NCBI GenBank assembly: GCA_964422555.1
Contig: CAYRBR010000004.1
Coordinates: forward strand, 1-47,315
Direction of reading: 5' to 3'
From: an uncultured Caldisericota bacterium
GTDB lineage: Bacteria > Caldisericota > Caldisericia > UBA6126
DNA length: 47,315 bases
Every line of letters begins with the position of its first letter. Position 1 is the first letter of the stretch. Under the pieces are notes generated by a model. It did no database searches and was not told where the DNA came from. It saw only the letters and a program-made list of their open reading frames with translations. Both the position numbers and the translations under genes were made by a program. Shown piece by piece: positions 9,018 through 18,981 of the stretch.

Positions 9018-9908
9018 ATGACCAAATGGAAGCCACTCGATCCAAGAACGAGGTGTATTCGGAAGTGCAAGCACAGTGATTACGATTCTGTATGCGAATT
9101 ATCGAAATCTATTTGGGAAGGACAAGATTATCTGCCCTTCGTTTTTCATGAATGGGTAGATGACAGTGGTTTATTCCTTTGTATTGAAGACACAGAGAAA
9201 AATCGAATTATTGCTACCGATAAATATACAATTCTACCAGATCGTGCAGGCCTCCTGGAAGGACTTCGGGTTCATAAAGATTACAGAGGACAAAGCTTAA
9301 GTTGGCATATTGGTAAAGCTGCTTTCGAAAAAGCCCTGCAAGATAAACAAGGTGGAACCACAAATCGTATTGTGAATTGTACTCATATTACCAATAAAGC
9401 AAGTATACATATGTCTACATCAATTGGTTTTAAGTTGGAGCAGAAATACTTAGTTGTAGAAACCTCAAAAAAAGAAACCCCTATTCAGTTTACGACTCAG
9501 AAGTGGGAACCTACTTTTGAAGAATTTCGAGCGTTGCCCTATTTCAAACACACAGATGGTTATATCGCTCAACATTTTTTAGTTCAGAAAGTAACCCCAG
9601 CTTTATTCGAGACTTTACAAAAATCGGCTCATTTTTTCATCCTGAATGGCTCTCCCGGATTTTTTGACCATAGCCATGGATGGTATAATATTGCTTTAGA
9701 TCCAACTTCCAAATCTATTCTTGATTGGTTGCACTTCGCAAACGAACAACCACAGGTTACGGATTGCTATTCGTTTATTCATCCAAACCCATCTATTTTG
9801 AAAGAACTTCAAAATCAAAATGCATCTACCTGGATGGAGTTTGAACCAGATTTACTGTACTACGTGTATGGGTCTGACGAAGCTCCCTCTGTTTTAATAA
9901 GTAACTAG
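9018..9908 (+). CDS. GNAT family N-acetyltransferase
   Basis: LEGLRVHKDYRGQSL (motif A) and NKASIHM (motif B). ATG 9018 after AAGGAG. Confidence 0.8.
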   Translation: MTKWKPLDPRTRCIRKCKHSDYDSVCELSKSIWEGQDYLPFVFHEWVDDSGLFLCIEDTEKNRIIATDKYTILPDRAGLLEGLRVHKDYRGQSLSWHIGKAAFEKALQDKQGGTTNRIVNCTHITNKASIHMSTSIGFKLEQKYLVVETSKKETPIQFTTQKWEPTFEEFRALPYFKHTDGYIAQHFLVQKVTPALFETLQKSAHFFILNGSPGFFDHSHGWYNIALDPTSKSILDWLHFANEQPQVTDCYSFIHPNPSILKELQNQNASTWMEFEPDLLYYVYGSDEAPSVLISN

Positions 9909-9929
9909 AATATTTTTACTGGAGGAATC

Positions 9930-11081
9930 ATGAAATATAGAACAATATGCGATACAATGCCCGAAGTTTCAATTCTTGGTTTTGGTTGTATGCGCTTTTA
10001 CCGAAAAGATGGAACTCTTGACCTTATGAGCTCAGATAAACCAGTTGACACAAACCTTGTGGATACTCTTATTAACACAGCCTTAGAAAGAGGGATTAAC
10101 TATTTCGATACAGCCTATACCTATCTTGGTGGAATGAGTGAATCAATTCTGGGTTCTATTTTGCAGGGACACAAACGGCAACAATCCTTTATTGCCACAA
10201 AACTACCAGCATGGAAGGTAAAAGAAACCGACGATTTTGAGCGATTTCTTCATGAACAACTAAAACGACTTCAAACCGACTGTATTGATTACTATTTAGT
10301 ACATAGTCTTTCGGGTAAAACATGGAAACAGGTATATGATCTTGGCATTCTACCTTTTTTAGATGCAATTAAAAAAGCAGGTAAAGTTCGAGCAATCGGT
10401 TTTTCATTTCATGATTTGTACTCCTCTTTTGAACCAATCTTAGATGCTTATCCATGGGACTTTTGCCAAATTCAATACAATTATTTGGATACACAATACC
10501 AGGCGGGGAGAAAAGGACTGTTAAAAGCTCACGAAAAAGGAGTAGGAGTAATCTCCATGGAACCTCTTTTAGGGGGAAAGCTAGCTACACAATTGCCCAC
10601 CGAAGCAGTTTCTCTATTACAGAAAAAGAATCCTGACATGACTCCTGCTGAATGGGCACTACGCTGGGTTTGGAATCACCCACAAATTGCACTGCTACTA
10701 AGTGGAATGAACCAGTTAGATCAATTAAATGAAAATTGTACAATTGCCGACTCCGCTGATGTAGCTGCTATGTCAAAAGAGGAAATGGTAACGATTCAGG
10801 AGGTAAAGCAAATATTTGATGAACGTATAAAAGTTCACTGTTCTGGTTGTGCCTATTGTATGCCCTGTCCCCATGGAGTAAACATTCCTCGAGTATTTGC
10901 ATTATACAATGAAGCATATCGTTTTGATAACCCAGAGTCGGCTGTATGGCAATACAATTCCATGCCTACCGAAAAAAGAGCTTCAGCTTGTGTGGCTTGC
11001 AACGAGTGCCTTTCTAAATGCCCCCACCAACTCCCGATCTCTGCATTAATGAAGGACATCTCGGATACCTTTAAAAGCTAA
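9930..11081 (+). CDS. Aldo/keto reductase with C-terminal 4Fe-4S dicluster
   Basis: LGFGCMR, YFDTAYTY, IATKLP, YLVH. C-terminal CSGCAYCMPC and CVACNECLSKC. Confidence 0.93.
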   Translation: MKYRTICDTMPEVSILGFGCMRFYRKDGTLDLMSSDKPVDTNLVDTLINTALERGINYFDTAYTYLGGMSESILGSILQGHKRQQSFIATKLPAWKVKETDDFERFLHEQLKRLQTDCIDYYLVHSLSGKTWKQVYDLGILPFLDAIKKAGKVRAIGFSFHDLYSSFEPILDAYPWDFCQIQYNYLDTQYQAGRKGLLKAHEKGVGVISMEPLLGGKLATQLPTEAVSLLQKKNPDMTPAEWALRWVWNHPQIALLLSGMNQLDQLNENCTIADSADVAAMSKEEMVTIQEVKQIFDERIKVHCSGCAYCMPCPHGVNIPRVFALYNEAYRFDNPESAVWQYNSMPTEKRASACVACNECLSKCPHQLPISALMKDISDTFKS

Positions 11082-11104
11082 TCTACTATAGAAGGGAGCT
11101 ACCA

Positions 11105-12289
11105 ATGAAAATGAAAGATAGAATTTATAAATGGGAAGAAAATGGTTTGATTACGAAAGATCAGGCAGATTTACTTTGGCAATCATTCAACGAGGAAAAA
11201 CAAGATGATAAATCAAGTATACTCGTTTCCATAATCTCAGTGGTTGGATCTATTCTGCTTACGGTGGGTATAATTTTTTTCCTGGAGGAATCAGGTGTTC
11301 TTATCTCGAGTTTGTTTAAATCAATAATTATGGTAATTCTTACAGGTCTCATTCTAGGAGTAGGGTATCGATTTAACTTTGGACCAAAAAAACTTCCCAA
11401 GGTTGGTCATGCTCTGGTTTTTTTGGGCAGTTTACTAACAGGGGTGACTGTTTTTTATATAGCTCATTTCTACAAAGTTAACTTGGAAGCAAATTCCCAT
11501 TGGCTTTTATTTGTCTCAATCCTATTTATCATTCCACACCTATATATTATGAAGTCCAAACTGGTTGCAGTTGTCCTTTCCGTTTTAATTCCAGCGTTTC
11601 TTTGGTTCTTTACCAACTTCTCTTTACACAGCAAGTTTGACATGGAAACGATTCTTGGTTGCTTAATTCTAGTTTTATCTGGGTGTTTTGTTTATTGTAT
11701 TGGACAGTACCACTGTTTTTCAAGCAAGTGGGAGGGAATAGGAAATACTTTTAAGCTAATTAGTATTCAAGTTTTTCTGTTAGGGTTATTTATTCTCTGT
11801 TTTCCAGGTAATTTAGAGACAGAATTTACTACTCTGGCATCCTATCTTCAACCTTTAACCTGGGTTATTTTTCTATTCGTTTTAGTCTTTTGCCTTATTT
11901 CACTGATCTGGTTTCTTGCTAAACAAAAGCTGTTTGGTACGACATATCTGTTCGTTCATATAGGATGGTTGTTTTCAATTGTCTGTATCACCATCTTTAC
12001 TTATTTCCTTTTACCCATAGGAGTTGCAAGTACATTTTATAATCTGCTTTTCATTGCAGTTTCTCTTGTTTTGCTATTCTCTCTGGGGAACAAACTAGCA
12101 TCCATACTGGTAGCCAACACTGGAATACTTTGGATAGTAATTTTCTTAATTGCACGCTCTGCTGACATATTTGGAGACAAAGTACCTTCGTATGTAGTTA
12201 TCCTTTTCTCTGGTGTTGTTTTGGTGCTGGGAGGAGTTTTAATGGAGATACAAAGAAAACGAATTCAGAAGAATATTACAAAAAAATAG
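11105..12289 (+). CDS. DUF2157-like membrane protein
   Basis: N-terminal WEENGLITKDQA followed by about 12 TM helices. Confidence 0.7.
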   Translation: MKMKDRIYKWEENGLITKDQADLLWQSFNEEKQDDKSSILVSIISVVGSILLTVGIIFFLEESGVLISSLFKSIIMVILTGLILGVGYRFNFGPKKLPKVGHALVFLGSLLTGVTVFYIAHFYKVNLEANSHWLLFVSILFIIPHLYIMKSKLVAVVLSVLIPAFLWFFTNFSLHSKFDMETILGCLILVLSGCFVYCIGQYHCFSSKWEGIGNTFKLISIQVFLLGLFILCFPGNLETEFTTLASYLQPLTWVIFLFVLVFCLISLIWFLAKQKLFGTTYLFVHIGWLFSIVCITIFTYFLLPIGVASTFYNLLFIAVSLVLLFSLGNKLASILVANTGILWIVIFLIARSADIFGDKVPSYVVILFSGVVLVLGGVLMEIQRKRIQKNITKK

Positions 12290-12298
12290 AGATTGTCC

Positions 12299-13462
12299 CT
12301 ATGAATCGTTACTAGAGATTGGAAGTATGAAGAAGAAATCCGATCCTTTCGGGATGTTCCTTTTATACTCGATAATACCCTGATGTTTTTCAATAATCTG
12401 CTTTGACAGATATAAACCTAGACCAGTACTCTTTTCAGAATTTGTTGGTTTGTTACTAGTTCGGCTAAAGGGTTTAAATAAACACTCTTCTTCCCCACTG
12501 GGAATCCCAATTCCCTGATCAATCACATGCACTTCACATCCATTGTCGTGAATTTCCGCTTTAATTGTAATAGTGGTATTCGGTGGGGAGTACTTAACTG
12601 CATTACTTAACAGGTTGTTAACAACCTGTTCCATTTTTACCGGATCAAACTCCATCTCACAATTCACTGCTGGGATAAGCAATGCAAATTGTATGTGCTT
12701 TTTTAGAGCAATTGTTTCCTGATTTCGAATTTTTTCTCGTAAGAAATGAAAGAAATCTAATTTCTCCTTCTTAATAGACACCCTACCCGACTCAATGGAA
12801 GATACATTCAATACATCTTCCAATAATCGCAGCATAAACTGACTTGTATCTTGAATCGTAGATACAAGCTCTTTCCCTTGATTACTTAGCAGTACTTCCT
12901 TCGGAGCATTCTGTAGAAAAGATGAGTACATTTGTATTGTTGCTATTGGATTGCGTAAATCATGAGCAGCAATTCCCAAGAGTTCATTTTTTTGCTTATT
13001 TAGTGTGGTTAAATGCTGATTTGTATTCTCTAGTTCTGTAACATCATCTAAAACAATTAACACATGATTCAAATTTTCATGGGATATATAGTGAGTTGTA
13101 AAAAGAAAATACTTTTGGTAGGTTTTTCCTAGAATGAAAAATTCTCTTTTCAACTTTGTTTTATAAACTGATTGTTTTGTTCGTAAGGTTTTTAAAATAC
13201 TCTTTCGTAACGGACATGTGTCACAATTACTTGTCGTACCACAAAGGGCGTTCTCTTTTACAGTATAAATACAACCAATTGCATTCCCGCAAAGCTTCCC
13301 AATAATCTGATCTTCAGGTTTTCTAAACAATGCATGAAATGTATCGTTAAAACTTTCTACTTCTATTTTGTCATTAATTAAAAACAAGCCAGAATTGATA
13401 GAATTTAAAAGAAGATTTAAGTAATCGTTCGAAGCATGAAGCTGATCAATCATTAAACTCAT
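12299..13462 (-). CDS. Sensor histidine kinase with Cys-rich PAS-like input domain
   Basis: H-box AAHDLRNP, N-box NLLSNAVKY, G1 DQGIG, G2 GLGL. No TM segments. Confidence 0.93.
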   Translation of the reverse strand: MSLMIDQLHASNDYLNLLLNSINSGLFLINDKIEVESFNDTFHALFRKPEDQIIGKLCGNAIGCIYTVKENALCGTTSNCDTCPLRKSILKTLRTKQSVYKTKLKREFFILGKTYQKYFLFTTHYISHENLNHVLIVLDDVTELENTNQHLTTLNKQKNELLGIAAHDLRNPIATIQMYSSFLQNAPKEVLLSNQGKELVSTIQDTSQFMLRLLEDVLNVSSIESGRVSIKKEKLDFFHFLREKIRNQETIALKKHIQFALLIPAVNCEMEFDPVKMEQVVNNLLSNAVKYSPPNTTITIKAEIHDNGCEVHVIDQGIGIPSGEEECLFKPFSRTSNKPTNSEKSTGLGLYLSKQIIEKHQGIIEYKRNIPKGSDFFFILPISSNDS

Positions 13463-13668
13463 TTAGTATCTCCTTAAGGAAAGAAAGTAAAACAATATAC
13501 TTCATCTACAATTATAGTTTTGAAATTGCAATTGAAAAAACCATTTTTTACTTTTTTTCCTTTGATGAAAGACCTTCGCTTTTACAATTAATATAGAAAC
13601 TTATTTGTTTTAAAACTGCTGTTCAACAAATTGTTCCCCATTACTATTTACAAGAAAGGGAGTATAAA

Positions 13669-14091
13669 ATGAGAAGAATAAATACAATTGATGACGTTAA
13701 ACAGGCAATTTTACACATGGATCGTAGAAGTACCACTGAAGAGATGAAGCTTGCACGTAAATCGTTCCGTGACTTATTTTTAGATGTTGACCCTGAATCA
13801 TTAAAATACATGCAGGATGAGTACATTTCATTCGTTGGAGTTGAAAAAGAAGAAGAGCTGATTAAGTTACACAATGACCCCAGCCTTGCCCTTGAAACAT
13901 TACCTCTTATAGAACATATGAAATCATTGTATGCGACTGCAGAAAAAGAGACAGGAAAATGGTTTCCCTTTGTTGACTTCATTGCAGCTTTAAATCGTCA
14001 AATCCAAAATTTAGATGTCGTGCTGATTGAAACCGAATCGGGGTACTGTGTGATTCAAAGAGCAAATTATTGCATTATTCACAAAAAGTAA
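13669..14091 (+). CDS. Hypothetical protein (140 aa)
   Basis: RBS AAAGGGAG, plausible helical soluble protein, divergent from the kinase. Confidence 0.65.
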   Translation: MRRINTIDDVKQAILHMDRRSTTEEMKLARKSFRDLFLDVDPESLKYMQDEYISFVGVEKEEELIKLHNDPSLALETLPLIEHMKSLYATAEKETGKWFPFVDFIAALNRQIQNLDVVLIETESGYCVIQRANYCIIHKK

Positions 14092-14237
14092 ACTCTACTG
14101 AAGAAGTTTCATTACAGTTTCGAAGATGGTGGTCATTAACTCATCCGATACACGAATATGGGAATTAACTTTTTGCTGTTTTAACTACTCCAGGTTTCGA
14201 TATAATGATAGTCCATTTATTGCAATAGGAGACCACT

Positions 14238-15269
14238 ATGAAACAATGGTTAACGATTTGTCTGACTTTCATTTTGATGCTTGTTTTTATTCCCTTCAAT
14301 ACTTCCTATGGAGAAGAAGGAGAAATATGTATCGAACAAACGAATACCCCCATGATAGAAACATTTTCAGCTACCTGGTGCCCATACTGCCTAAAATTGG
14401 ATGAAAAGCTAACAAGCTTGTATGATTCAAACGAACATCCTTTCCAATTTCTTGTTTACGACACCATGCGTGCAAAAGAAAGTGAATTTATTATGTCTCG
14501 TATTCAAGAATTTGAAGTACAGGCAATTCCTTTAACTGTTTTTGAAGGAAACAAAACCTGGCTTGGGTATAATGAAGAAATCTTTGACGACATGACAAGC
14601 ACCATTGAAACTTGGGAATCCAAGCAAACGATTGAGTTGAAGGGATCCCTAACTGAAACGAAGGAAAAACAAACGATTACTCTCTCTTACGACCTAAAAG
14701 AGTACCCCAAGGCAACTCTTTACTGTGCAATGACTACCCTTGTATCTATTCAAGATGGGGTTCACTACCGTAACTATGTGCTTGATGGAGTAACTGAAAC
14801 AATTCAAAACAATGGAGAAATTGCTTTTTCTTTTCCCACCCCCTCTAATAGAGCATTAACACAATATTTAATCTGGATTGAAGTAGATGGTGTCAGTGTT
14901 GGAAATGTATGGATTCAAGCTGAAGAAGATCCCTTTGATTCTGAAAAAGCATTTTTGTTACTAGATTCAGTTAATGATCTGGGACAATTCACAACTGAAA
15001 AAGATAAAAAGAGATATGTGTCAATGACAAATGTTGGCTCTATTGATGCTACATTCAATTTATCCAGTGATGCATCTTGGCTCTCCTTTGAAAACGACTA
15101 CGAAGTTAAAACTAACCGAAAAAAAGGAATTCGAATGATTGTAAAGGCGAGTGAAATGGAACCGGGTGAATACTCAACCGAAGTTATCATACAACCTACA
15201 CAAGACAGTGTTTCATCATTCAGCACAAAAACTTTTACAGTAACCTGTATATGCAAAGAAGATGACTAA
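14238..15269 (+). CDS. Secreted thioredoxin-fold protein with C-terminal BACON/Ig-like domain
   Basis: Signal peptide, FSATWCPYC, IPLTVF (cis-Pro loop), C-terminal LSSDASWLSF. Confidence 0.7.
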   Translation: MKQWLTICLTFILMLVFIPFNTSYGEEGEICIEQTNTPMIETFSATWCPYCLKLDEKLTSLYDSNEHPFQFLVYDTMRAKESEFIMSRIQEFEVQAIPLTVFEGNKTWLGYNEEIFDDMTSTIETWESKQTIELKGSLTETKEKQTITLSYDLKEYPKATLYCAMTTLVSIQDGVHYRNYVLDGVTETIQNNGEIAFSFPTPSNRALTQYLIWIEVDGVSVGNVWIQAEEDPFDSEKAFLLLDSVNDLGQFTTEKDKKRYVSMTNVGSIDATFNLSSDASWLSFENDYEVKTNRKKGIRMIVKASEMEPGEYSTEVIIQPTQDSVSSFSTKTFTVTCICKEDD

Positions 15270-15300
15270 TTTTTCATACTAAATGCCTGGAGGCCTTAAG

Positions 15301-16131
15301 ATGATGGTTATAAAAAAATATTTTGCACTGGCTTGTACTTTTTTCCTTGTGTTTTCCTTATCTTCTTGTGGTACTACTTCTTCAACAGCCAATGAATACA
15401 TTTTTAAGGGAACTTTCATAGAGACTAGCCCCAATGGATTTGACATGTACCAAATACCAGGGAATGGTATTGATATCGGATATACCGTTGTAGGAGAAGG
15501 AGAACCGTTACTAATGCTTATGGGTTTAGGGGGTACGGTTGAAGATTGGAATCTTCAAGTTATTGAGATGTTATCAGATAACTACCAATTAATACTTATG
15601 GACAACAGAGGAATGGGATATTCAACAGCGAATGATGATCCATTTAATTATGAACTTTTCGCTGCCGATGCAATTTCCGTTCTTGATACATTGGAAATAG
15701 ATCCTTGTTACGTATTAGGCTGGTCAATGGGTAGTGTTGTCACGCAGCAATTGATAATGCAATATCCCGATCGCTTCACAAAAGCCGTTATTTATGCAAC
15801 CTCTGACAATGGAGAACCCGTTGTTTCTGCTCTTGAAGGAAACATATCCGATGATCCAATTGTACAAAGGCAATCAGAATGTACTTATTACTGGGTAACA
15901 CCCATAGAAGAAATACAAGAAGTTACTATTCCAGTTATGTTTATGGTTGGAACGAATGATACCATAGTTGGTACACAAGCCTCCATAAATCTTGCAGGTC
16001 ACATAGAAGGCGCTTGGTTAACCCAATTCAAAAACGCATCTCATATGTTAATGTACGATCTTCCAGAAGAGTTTGCAGAAACGGTTCTTCTTTTCTTACA
16101 AACAAACGAAGTATACTCTCCTTCAAATTAA
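15301..16131 (+). CDS. Alpha/beta hydrolase lipoprotein
   Basis: Lipobox LSSC, DNRGMG, nucleophile GWSMG, GTND, SH. ATG 15301 is 7 nt after GGAGG. Confidence 0.88.
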   Translation: MMVIKKYFALACTFFLVFSLSSCGTTSSTANEYIFKGTFIETSPNGFDMYQIPGNGIDIGYTVVGEGEPLLMLMGLGGTVEDWNLQVIEMLSDNYQLILMDNRGMGYSTANDDPFNYELFAADAISVLDTLEIDPCYVLGWSMGSVVTQQLIMQYPDRFTKAVIYATSDNGEPVVSALEGNISDDPIVQRQSECTYYWVTPIEEIQEVTIPVMFMVGTNDTIVGTQASINLAGHIEGAWLTQFKNASHMLMYDLPEEFAETVLLFLQTNEVYSPSN

Positions 16132-16183
16132 GAGAAAGTAATATATAGTTTCATCAAAAGATAGACTTTTGTTGGGGGTTACA

Positions 16184-17149
16184 ATGATTCAAAATCAGTG
16201 GTATGTTGTTCTATCGTCCGATCAAGTCAAGAATAAACCAGTTGGTGTAACACGACTTGGCGAAAAGATGGTTTTTTGGCGTACAAAAGATACACACATT
16301 CATTGCATGGCAGATAGATGTATTCATCGCGGAGCTTCTCTTTCAAAAGGACAGGTAAAGAATAATCGATTACAATGCCCATTTCATGGATTTGAATACA
16401 ATACCACAGGCAAAGTACAGGTGATACCAGCAAATGGCAAATCAACAATTGTTGAAGACCAATATCGTGTTAAAGCCTATGAGTGCTTTGAAAAAGCTGG
16501 TTTTATATGGGTTTGGTGGAATCCTGCAGAACTCGAGAATCCAAAAACTCTGCAGGAACCTGAGTTTTTTTCGGATTTCCTATCGATGGAGTACGGACAA
16601 AAAATAGATCCATGGAACGCCCATTACTCAAGGGTTATTGAAAACCAACTCGATGTTGTTCACCTGCCTTTTGTTCACTACAACACAATAGGCAGGGGAA
16701 ACAAAACGGTTGTTGATGGACCAATCGTTAAGTGGATGAACAAAAACCGATTTAAGGTGTTTGTTCACAACCAAGTTGATAAAGGACAAAAACCTCTACA
16801 AGAAAAAGAAATCCCCTTGTCAGAAGTTCCTGTATATTTAGATTTCATCTTTCCTAATCTTTGGCAAAACCACATTTCTGATACAATTCGTGTTTCTGCT
16901 GCTTTTGTTCCTGTTGATGAAAATAATACGTTGCTTTATCTTCGGTACTACATGAAAAAGAATTTCTTCAGCAAGATTGCTGTAAAGCTATCTTCTCCTT
17001 CCATGCTAGTTATTGCCCATCAAGATAGAAGAATTGTTGAAACACAGATTCCCAAAAAAAGCTCTTATAAGAGCCAGGAAAAGCTTATAAAAGGAGACTC
17101 TCCTATAGTAAATTATCGGAAAAGGAGAAATGAACTTAAAGCATTATAA
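16184..17149 (+). CDS. Rieske non-heme iron oxygenase alpha subunit (VanA-like)
   Basis: Rieske CIH...CPFH, mononuclear-Fe segment ENQLDVVHLPFVH, C-terminal QD. ATG 16184. Confidence 0.9.
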   Translation: MIQNQWYVVLSSDQVKNKPVGVTRLGEKMVFWRTKDTHIHCMADRCIHRGASLSKGQVKNNRLQCPFHGFEYNTTGKVQVIPANGKSTIVEDQYRVKAYECFEKAGFIWVWWNPAELENPKTLQEPEFFSDFLSMEYGQKIDPWNAHYSRVIENQLDVVHLPFVHYNTIGRGNKTVVDGPIVKWMNKNRFKVFVHNQVDKGQKPLQEKEIPLSEVPVYLDFIFPNLWQNHISDTIRVSAAFVPVDENNTLLYLRYYMKKNFFSKIAVKLSSPSMLVIAHQDRRIVETQIPKKSSYKSQEKLIKGDSPIVNYRKRRNELKAL

Positions 17150-17243
17150 TTGGCTCTTATTTTATTGTCATTCTGATTAAGTAGTGATACATTACTTACT
17201 AAGGTGTTGAAGTTTTTTTGATTTCCGCTGAAAGTGTGACAAA

Positions 17244-18389
17244 GTGAAAAGTAAGAAACCAATCTGGATTTCAGTTATTTCGTTTGCTTGCATTGCAATT
17301 CTATTCTTTTTATTTTGGTATCCCCATGTAAAGCAATCCTACAAACCCATTCCCAATAAAGGTAATAAATGGAGAATAGGATATATTCAGAGCGGAGACT
17401 ACCAAGATTATAATTTTATCATGGATGCCACTCTTCATGGACTCCAGGATAAAGGCTGGATAAAATCCTATAAAACTCCAAATAATCTTGAGTTATTACC
17501 TGGTAAAGAATACTGGGACTACATCAATAATACTGTTACAAGCTCCTTTATTCAGTTTGTAAATGAAGCCTTCTGGTCTTACGACTGGAACACAGATCAA
17601 CGACTTTCGATAAGTGAAACAATTCAAAGTAAAACCTCCACCTTCAAGCTTGATGTTCTTTTTGTACTTGGTTCTTGGGCCGGCAGAGATATATCAGAAA
17701 CCCATTTACCTATCCCTTGCATTGTTATGTCTGCCTCAAATCCCCTTGAATCAGATATAGTAAAATCTGACTTGTATTCTGGTGTTCCAAATGTGGTTAC
17801 GATGGTGGATACTAATTTGTATATTCGAAGAATAAGACTGTTCTATCATGTCACACATTTTACATCAATTGGGGTTTTAGTTTACCCTTCCAATGACGGT
17901 CCAGTATGGGCAAACCTGGAAAACTTGAAAGAAGTTGGAAAAGAACTAGGCTTTAGCGTTATTCCATATTATACTTCCTTTGATCCAGGTGAGAATCCTG
18001 AAAAGGCTATCAAAAACTTTCCAGAATACTACCGATGGTTGATTGAAACCAATCATATAGACGCTGTTTGGATTCCTGTAGATCCTGTTGAAACTATTCC
18101 AGGCACAATGGAAGCAATAAGTACTTACAGGATTCCTTCCTGGGGTGGAAGCATGGCTTTAGTTAAAGCTGGCGTTCTGTTAGGAATAAACGATGGAGAC
18201 TCCACTAAAGCTGGTAATTTCTATGCGGATACATTCGCAAAAATTGCCCATGGCGTTCCCCCTGAGAAAATTTACCAAAAGGTAGAACGAGAAGAAACGT
18301 TGTGTATTAATACAAAAACTGCTGAAGAAATTAATTTTGATGTCACCCCTGCTCTCGATAAAATTATATCTGTCCGATTCCAAGATTAG
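17244..18389 (+). CDS. ABC-type substrate-binding protein (ABC_sub_bind-like), membrane anchored
   Basis: N-terminal anchor, WRIGY, and C-terminal LCINTKTAEEINF typical of this family. Confidence 0.7.
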   Translation: MKSKKPIWISVISFACIAILFFLFWYPHVKQSYKPIPNKGNKWRIGYIQSGDYQDYNFIMDATLHGLQDKGWIKSYKTPNNLELLPGKEYWDYINNTVTSSFIQFVNEAFWSYDWNTDQRLSISETIQSKTSTFKLDVLFVLGSWAGRDISETHLPIPCIVMSASNPLESDIVKSDLYSGVPNVVTMVDTNLYIRRIRLFYHVTHFTSIGVLVYPSNDGPVWANLENLKEVGKELGFSVIPYYTSFDPGENPEKAIKNFPEYYRWLIETNHIDAVWIPVDPVETIPGTMEAISTYRIPSWGGSMALVKAGVLLGINDGDSTKAGNFYADTFAKIAHGVPPEKIYQKVEREETLCINTKTAEEINFDVTPALDKIISVRFQD

Positions 18390-18458
18390 CATTCTCACCT
18401 GAAAATACTATCAAGATAGATCTGTTTTCTTTATACTTCGTATTGTTGTTCTAATAAA

Positions 18459-18478
18459 ATGTTAGACTTGACTAATAT
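18459..18478. promoter_or_regulatory. DtxR/MntR-type operator 1, overlapping a -35 box
   Basis: ATGTTAG-ACTTGA-CTAATAT inverted repeat. Overlaps TTGACT (18468-18473), followed 16 nt later by TAGAAT (18490-18495). Confidence 0.7.
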
Positions 18479-18512
18479 TTTTATGTAATTAGAATATATT
18501 TAGGTGATTAAA

Positions 18513-18980
18513 ATGCTACAAAAACAAATATCAATTTCACAAGAAGATTATTTAGAAGCTATTTTGCGGATTTTTAATGAGAAAAAAGGTGTTCGAACAA
18601 AAGATATTGCTGCTAAACTAAACGTTCGCAATTCTTCGGTTACATCTGCTCTTAAACATCTAGCAAAAGAAGGTTTGGTTCACTACGAAAAGTATGGCAC
18701 CATTTCCCTAACTGATGAAGGGGAAGAAATTGCAAATAACATCTGGATTCGTCATCAAACAATGTACTTCTTCTTCCACGACATTTTAGAAATGTCAGAT
18801 ACAGAATCGAAGGCGATCGCTTGTGAAATGGAACATGCTATTACGGAAACAGCATTTACAAAATTTCTTCATTATTTGTATACAAATCACCCAAAAAAAT
18901 TAGAGAATTATATCGCAACTCACGAGATTAATTTGCAGTACCTCACTCACTTTTGCGAAGAGTGTGTAGAAAGGAAGTAG
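18513..18980 (+). CDS. DtxR/MntR family metal-dependent repressor
   Basis: EDYLEAI, HTH VRTKDIAAKLNV...SVTSALKHL, RH and ACEMEH metal ligands. ATG 18513 after AGGTG. Confidence 0.93.
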   Translation: MLQKQISISQEDYLEAILRIFNEKKGVRTKDIAAKLNVRNSSVTSALKHLAKEGLVHYEKYGTISLTDEGEEIANNIWIRHQTMYFFFHDILEMSDTESKAIACEMEHAITETAFTKFLHYLYTNHPKKLENYIATHEINLQYLTHFCEECVERK

Positions 18981-18981
18981 T

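Noticed and set aside
13524-13533. Perfect palindrome AATTGCAATT in the kinase's divergent promoter region
   Set aside because: Single 10-bp AT-rich palindrome with no second copy or assignable regulator. Expected by chance.
13644-14404. ORFs 13644-13982 (-) and 14126-14404 (+)
   Set aside because: Overlap better-supported genes that have RBSs, and show no motifs.
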